The notes below the pieces were generated by a model that worked only from the letters and a program-made list of their open reading frames with translations, searched no databases and was not told where the DNA came from. A DNA stretch of 63,552 nt, counting the filler, from Chlamydiia bacterium (GTDB lineage: Bacteria > Chlamydiota > Chlamydiia > Chlamydiales > FEN-1388): assembly GCA_903848235.1 (NCBI GenBank). It is 8 parts of 8 records of this genome, joined end to end, with 100 filler letters (N's around TTAATTAATTAA, not from the genome) between each part and the next. Parts side by side here need not be neighbours in the genome. Positions count along the whole stretch, not along the records: positions 57,024 to 63,552 come from CAINFV010000137.1; 7 more parts are not named here. One strand, given 5' to 3'. This document shows, one piece after another, positions 60,380-63,552 of the stretch; within the stretch, counting starts at the first letter, position 1, and each line of letters starts with the position of its first letter. A program made the translations under genes and the position numbers.

Positions 60380-60829
60380 GTCGTTGTATTTACCACCTCT
60401 CCCTCCAAGAAGGAAGATGCTCTTCGCCTTGGCGCTGATGAAGTTGTTATATCCAGAAACAGCGACGAGATGCAGAAACATAATAGCAGCTTCGACTTCA
60501 TCCTCGACACTATCTCTGCCGATCACGACATAAACGCCTATCTGAACCTGTTCCACCACGATGGCAATCTTACCCTTGTTGGTCCGCCAACAAAACCTCT
60601 TCCAGTGTCGGCGTTTAGCCTTATTATGGGCCGTCGCAGTATCTCCGGATCCAATATTGGCGGCATCGCTGAAACACAGGAGATGCTCGACTTCTGTGGT
60701 ACACATAACATTACCGCTGATGTCGAAGTCATTCCCATCCAGAAGGCCAACGAGGCCTACGAGAGAATGCTCAAGTCCGATGTAAAATACCGCTTTTCCA
60801 TCGATATGGCTTCACTCAAATCTGAGTAA
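60380..60829 (+). pseudogene. duplicate 3' part of the alcohol dehydrogenase
   Basis: Near-identical to 58637-59086 (offset 1743 bp); lacks the N-terminal zinc-binding part. Confidence 0.88.
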
Positions 60830-60847
60830 GGGGCTGGAGCGTTTCTC

Positions 60848-61594
60848 TCATGTGCTTATCCGTTTCAGGAGAGCCACAGTCCACGAGTATGGAAGAGCGC
60901 GAAGAATTCGTACTAGGATTGAGTAGAAGAGCTGGGGCTCACATTGTGATTTACCTCTTACGGCGCACTGGATCATGTAGGTGGCCATCTTCGTCGGTTG
61001 CCATGTGAATGGAAATGAGCCTTTTAATCCTTTTGTAGCAACAGGTCCTGGATAGACCACTAAAAATCGAAGATTTGACCCTACATAGGTTGCTGCTAAG
61101 CCTTCAAACGCCTTGGCAATAGCAGCTTTTGATGCAGCGTAGGCAGTTCACTTTGGAGGCGCCCAAAAAGCATTTACAGAGCTTGTGGCAACGAATGTCG
61201 CTCCTCCATTGTTCTTGCAGACAGCTTCCCACGCCATCACCCACGTCAGAGCGCCAAAGTAGTTGACGTCCATGATTTGGCGATGTTTTGCGAGGTCAAA
61301 ATGAGAGGGATCTTCTTCACACTCTTCACCGGCAATTCCGGCGTTGAGGAAGAAGATTGTGGGAATCAGGCCCACTTTTACAAGTTCTTCAGAAGCTGAA
61401 AGGACCGCTGTTGCATCAGTAACATCGCATACCACTGGGTAGAATTTTCCTTGTCCTAATTCAGCTTGTAGGGCAAGAAGCCGGTCTCGAGAGCGAGCTA
61501 TTCCAATGGCCTTCCATCCTTTTGCAACACACTCTCTACAGAGTGCCTCGCCAATCCCGGAAGAAGCGCCAGTAACAAGAACTATTGGGGTCAT
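60848..61594 (-). pseudogene. SDR oxidoreductase interrupted by in-frame TGA
   Basis: TGASSGIG, NAG; ..WAPPK*TAYAASK.. with TGA at 61148-61150; same frame continues to 60848. Confidence 0.85.
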
Positions 61595-61614
61595 GGCTTT
61601 CTCTCTGGAAAACG

Positions 61615-62538
61615 TTATAGATAAGCGCCATCTTTTATGATCTGCAGGGAGCGAAGTGACTCTCGTTTGAGGAGGTGATCTCCCGAATGGTATCCGTAAA
61701 GAGCAAACGAGGTGCTGCTATACATGGCCCTCAGCAGGGCAAGCTCCCATGTATCTTTTGAAATCCATCCATAAGCATCCCTAAACGCATCGTGGGAGCG
61801 CAGAGGCAAAAAGCTATGAGCGATAGAAAGGTCGGCTGCTGGGTCGCCAAGGTGCATATCTCCCCAATCAATGACTCCAGTGAGATGATGTTTTTTATCG
61901 ACGAGGAGATGGCGCACATAAAAATCGCCATGAACAACGGACGAGCTCGTAGGGGCTCGTACATCTTGTAAGCGTTCGACCATTGATTCCAACTCCTTCC
62001 TATGTTCAAGAAGGTTGTGCTGAGACATCTCTTCGAAATTGTGCAGTGTTTTTAGAATCAAGTTCTCCCAGTGCAGATGGCTTACGTTTTTCTCAAAACT
62101 TTGACACTCAGCAATGCTGACAAGCGAGGTAGCGTGCAGACGAGAGAGAAACAGCGCAATGGGCTGAGCGAGAGCCTCCCGAACTTCCTCGGAGAGGTTG
62201 GCGTGACAAGCAGTGATGCCGTGAAGGATTTTGTAACCAAGAAACGGCCAAGGGAAAGTCGGTGTAGGGGATCCTTGCCATTGAGGGATGGGTATTGGTA
62301 GGGGAAGATAGGGAGCAATTTTGGGCAAGACAGTCCATTCGGATTCTAAAAGAGAAACGGCACACTCTCGTCGAGGGAAGCGAAAGATCAGATCTTCGTT
62401 GATGAGAAAGGCGGTATTATCCCACCCCGCTCCTAGCAGTCGGATTTTCTTCGGGCAAAGCGAGGGAAATTGCTCACGGATTACGTTGAGCGCCGTTGAG
62501 GAGTCGAGAGTGTGCTTTGGCTCCCATTGATGAATCAC
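61615..62538 (-). CDS. aminoglycoside phosphotransferase-like kinase
   Basis: LGAGWDN, FRFPRR, HGDF, GVIDWGD, GDPAAD; start estimated at GTG 62538. Confidence 0.88.
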   Translation of the reverse strand: MIHQWEPKHTLDSSTALNVIREQFPSLCPKKIRLLGAGWDNTAFLINEDLIFRFPRRECAVSLLESEWTVLPKIAPYLPLPIPIPQWQGSPTPTFPWPFLGYKILHGITACHANLSEEVREALAQPIALFLSRLHATSLVSIAECQSFEKNVSHLHWENLILKTLHNFEEMSQHNLLEHRKELESMVERLQDVRAPTSSSVVHGDFYVRHLLVDKKHHLTGVIDWGDMHLGDPAADLSIAHSFLPLRSHDAFRDAYGWISKDTWELALLRAMYSSTSFALYGYHSGDHLLKRESLRSLQIIKDGAYL

Positions 62539-62625
62539 AGGGTCTCCAATATAAGTGTTTACTATTGCTTTGATTGAGTACGAAGAAATTTTTTCTTCAA
62601 ATTCTAGTGATCTTGTACAATTATA

Positions 62626-62703
62626 ACCAATTTCACATTCGTTGTTTCTGATAAAAAGACAACGCTCTGCGAAATCTGGGCTCAAAAAATGCTCATGTCA
62701 AGG
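62626..62703. repeat. internally deleted copy of the 5207-5407 palindromic element
   Basis: Shares ATTTC.CATTCGTTGT and AAAGACAACGCTCTGCGAA; ends in GCTCAAAAAATGCT, the reverse complement of the left arm. Confidence 0.7.
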
Positions 62704-63060
62704 TTAAGGATTTTTATGAACAGTTATTTTACTCAGTTGGAGTGTATTGCCCATTCTTAGGAGACGGCGCCAATAGTCGGTGAGTTTAAAAGTACACATA
62801 TCAGCGGAAGGTGGCTTCAAGGCTGTCTTACAGTGGCCATCATAATGAGAAAAAAAATGGCCGAGGTTCGGATTGAAGGATGAGATGATGCCTTCATGAA
62901 GGTGGAGCTGAAAGTAATCGCAAACCCCAAAGGTACAGCGGTGAATCTGTCCCTAATTTAAACAAGCCCGATGGCTGTATTACAGGCTGTATTACAGTAA
63001 GAATTAACGGAATCCTACTTTCTTGATGTTTTGTTCAAAACAAAATCAGGAAGGTAAGGA

Positions 63061-63372
63061 ATGGGTAAAAAAGAGCAAAACTCACATTTTGTATGTGTGG
63101 TGTGTCATCAACATGTTATGCCATTACGGAATGGAGGATATCGCAATCACTGTCCCTCGTGCTTATCGTCACTGCACGTCGATGACTGCACTCCAGGCGA
63201 CCGAAAAAGCCATTGTCATGGCATTATGAAGGCGTCGAGTGTCAAATTCAGCGGAAAAAAAGGATGGCAAATTGTTCACACTTGCCTCTCGTGCGGTGTA
63301 GAAAGAGTTAATAAGATTGCTCAGGGAGATATCCAATCTGATGATTGGATAAAGATTGTACGATTAACCTAA
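63061..63372 (+). CDS. RNHCP domain protein
   Basis: FVCVVC, YRNHCPSCLSSLHVD..PGDR..CHG.M, HTCLSCG. Confidence 0.9.
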   Translation: MGKKEQNSHFVCVVCHQHVMPLRNGGYRNHCPSCLSSLHVDDCTPGDRKSHCHGIMKASSVKFSGKKGWQIVHTCLSCGVERVNKIAQGDIQSDDWIKIVRLT

Positions 63373-63441
63373 GGAACAATGGGAGTAGCCTATGTCACGC
63401 GTTCATCAACTCAGTCACGTTACTTTCATATGTAACTGGAG

Positions 63442-63505
63442 TTTGGACAAATAGCCGCCCAGTTGACTATGCCTCAGGCTTTGGATGGGCGGCCATTTGT
63501 CTAAA
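63442..63505. repeat. long hairpin (palindromic element or terminator)
   Basis: TTTGGACAAATAGCCGCCCA / TGGGCGGCCATTTGTCTAAA. Confidence 0.55.
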
Positions 63506-63552
63506 TCAATTTTTAAGAGACGTTTTTTCTAACACTGAGCAACTATTGGACG

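Noticed and set aside
60284..60829. A second functional alcohol dehydrogenase (181 aa)
   Set aside because: Lacks the zinc-binding N-terminal part and the GxGxxG motif; its first ~32 codons are unrelated sequence.
2239..61150. TGA recoding suggested by in-frame TGAs in three broken genes
   Set aside because: Intact genes such as the holB-like gene and moxR end at TGA and TGG is used normally; two of the three cases are decayed in other ways too.
62539..62685. N-terminal extension of the APH-like kinase in the ORF track
   Set aside because: The extension begins inside a palindromic repeat element; the family-like sequence starts near HQWEP.

Overview
The window joins eight contigs with artificial 100-nt N/TTAATTAATTAA linkers, so adjacency across the gaps means nothing. 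The source looks like an environmental Chlamydiae-type genome: chlamydial-style SecA, plus HemB, TtcA, SurE, a HolB-like protein, tandem outer-membrane barrels and large orphan or effector-like proteins. Main observations: (1) A ~10.6-kb island (29720-40359) is integrated into the 3' end of tRNA-Tyr by a large serine recombinase whose attachment site lies inside its own reading frame. The integrated gene runs antisense through tRNA-Tyr and tRNA-Thr (556 aa), while its probable native tail (WGQLD-AFRTFDWNALFIPLLI*) sits in frame at the far end of the island and would be restored on excision (507 aa). (2) Next to it is a satellite-like tyrosine-integrase element (primase, DUF927-like helicase, HGGxSTG protein) with visible arm-type repeats. 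(3) The first contig carries three tRNA-Leu 3'-half copies separating toxin-antitoxin, GNAT and Fic cargo, with decayed integrase stubs after two of them. Also present: a frameshifted TnpB with an intact IS200/IS605 right end, two tandem ~930-aa lipase-domain paralogs, a primase-helicase-nuclease fusion, several palindromic MITE-like elements and pseudogenes. All family assignments come from motif recognition, not database searches.
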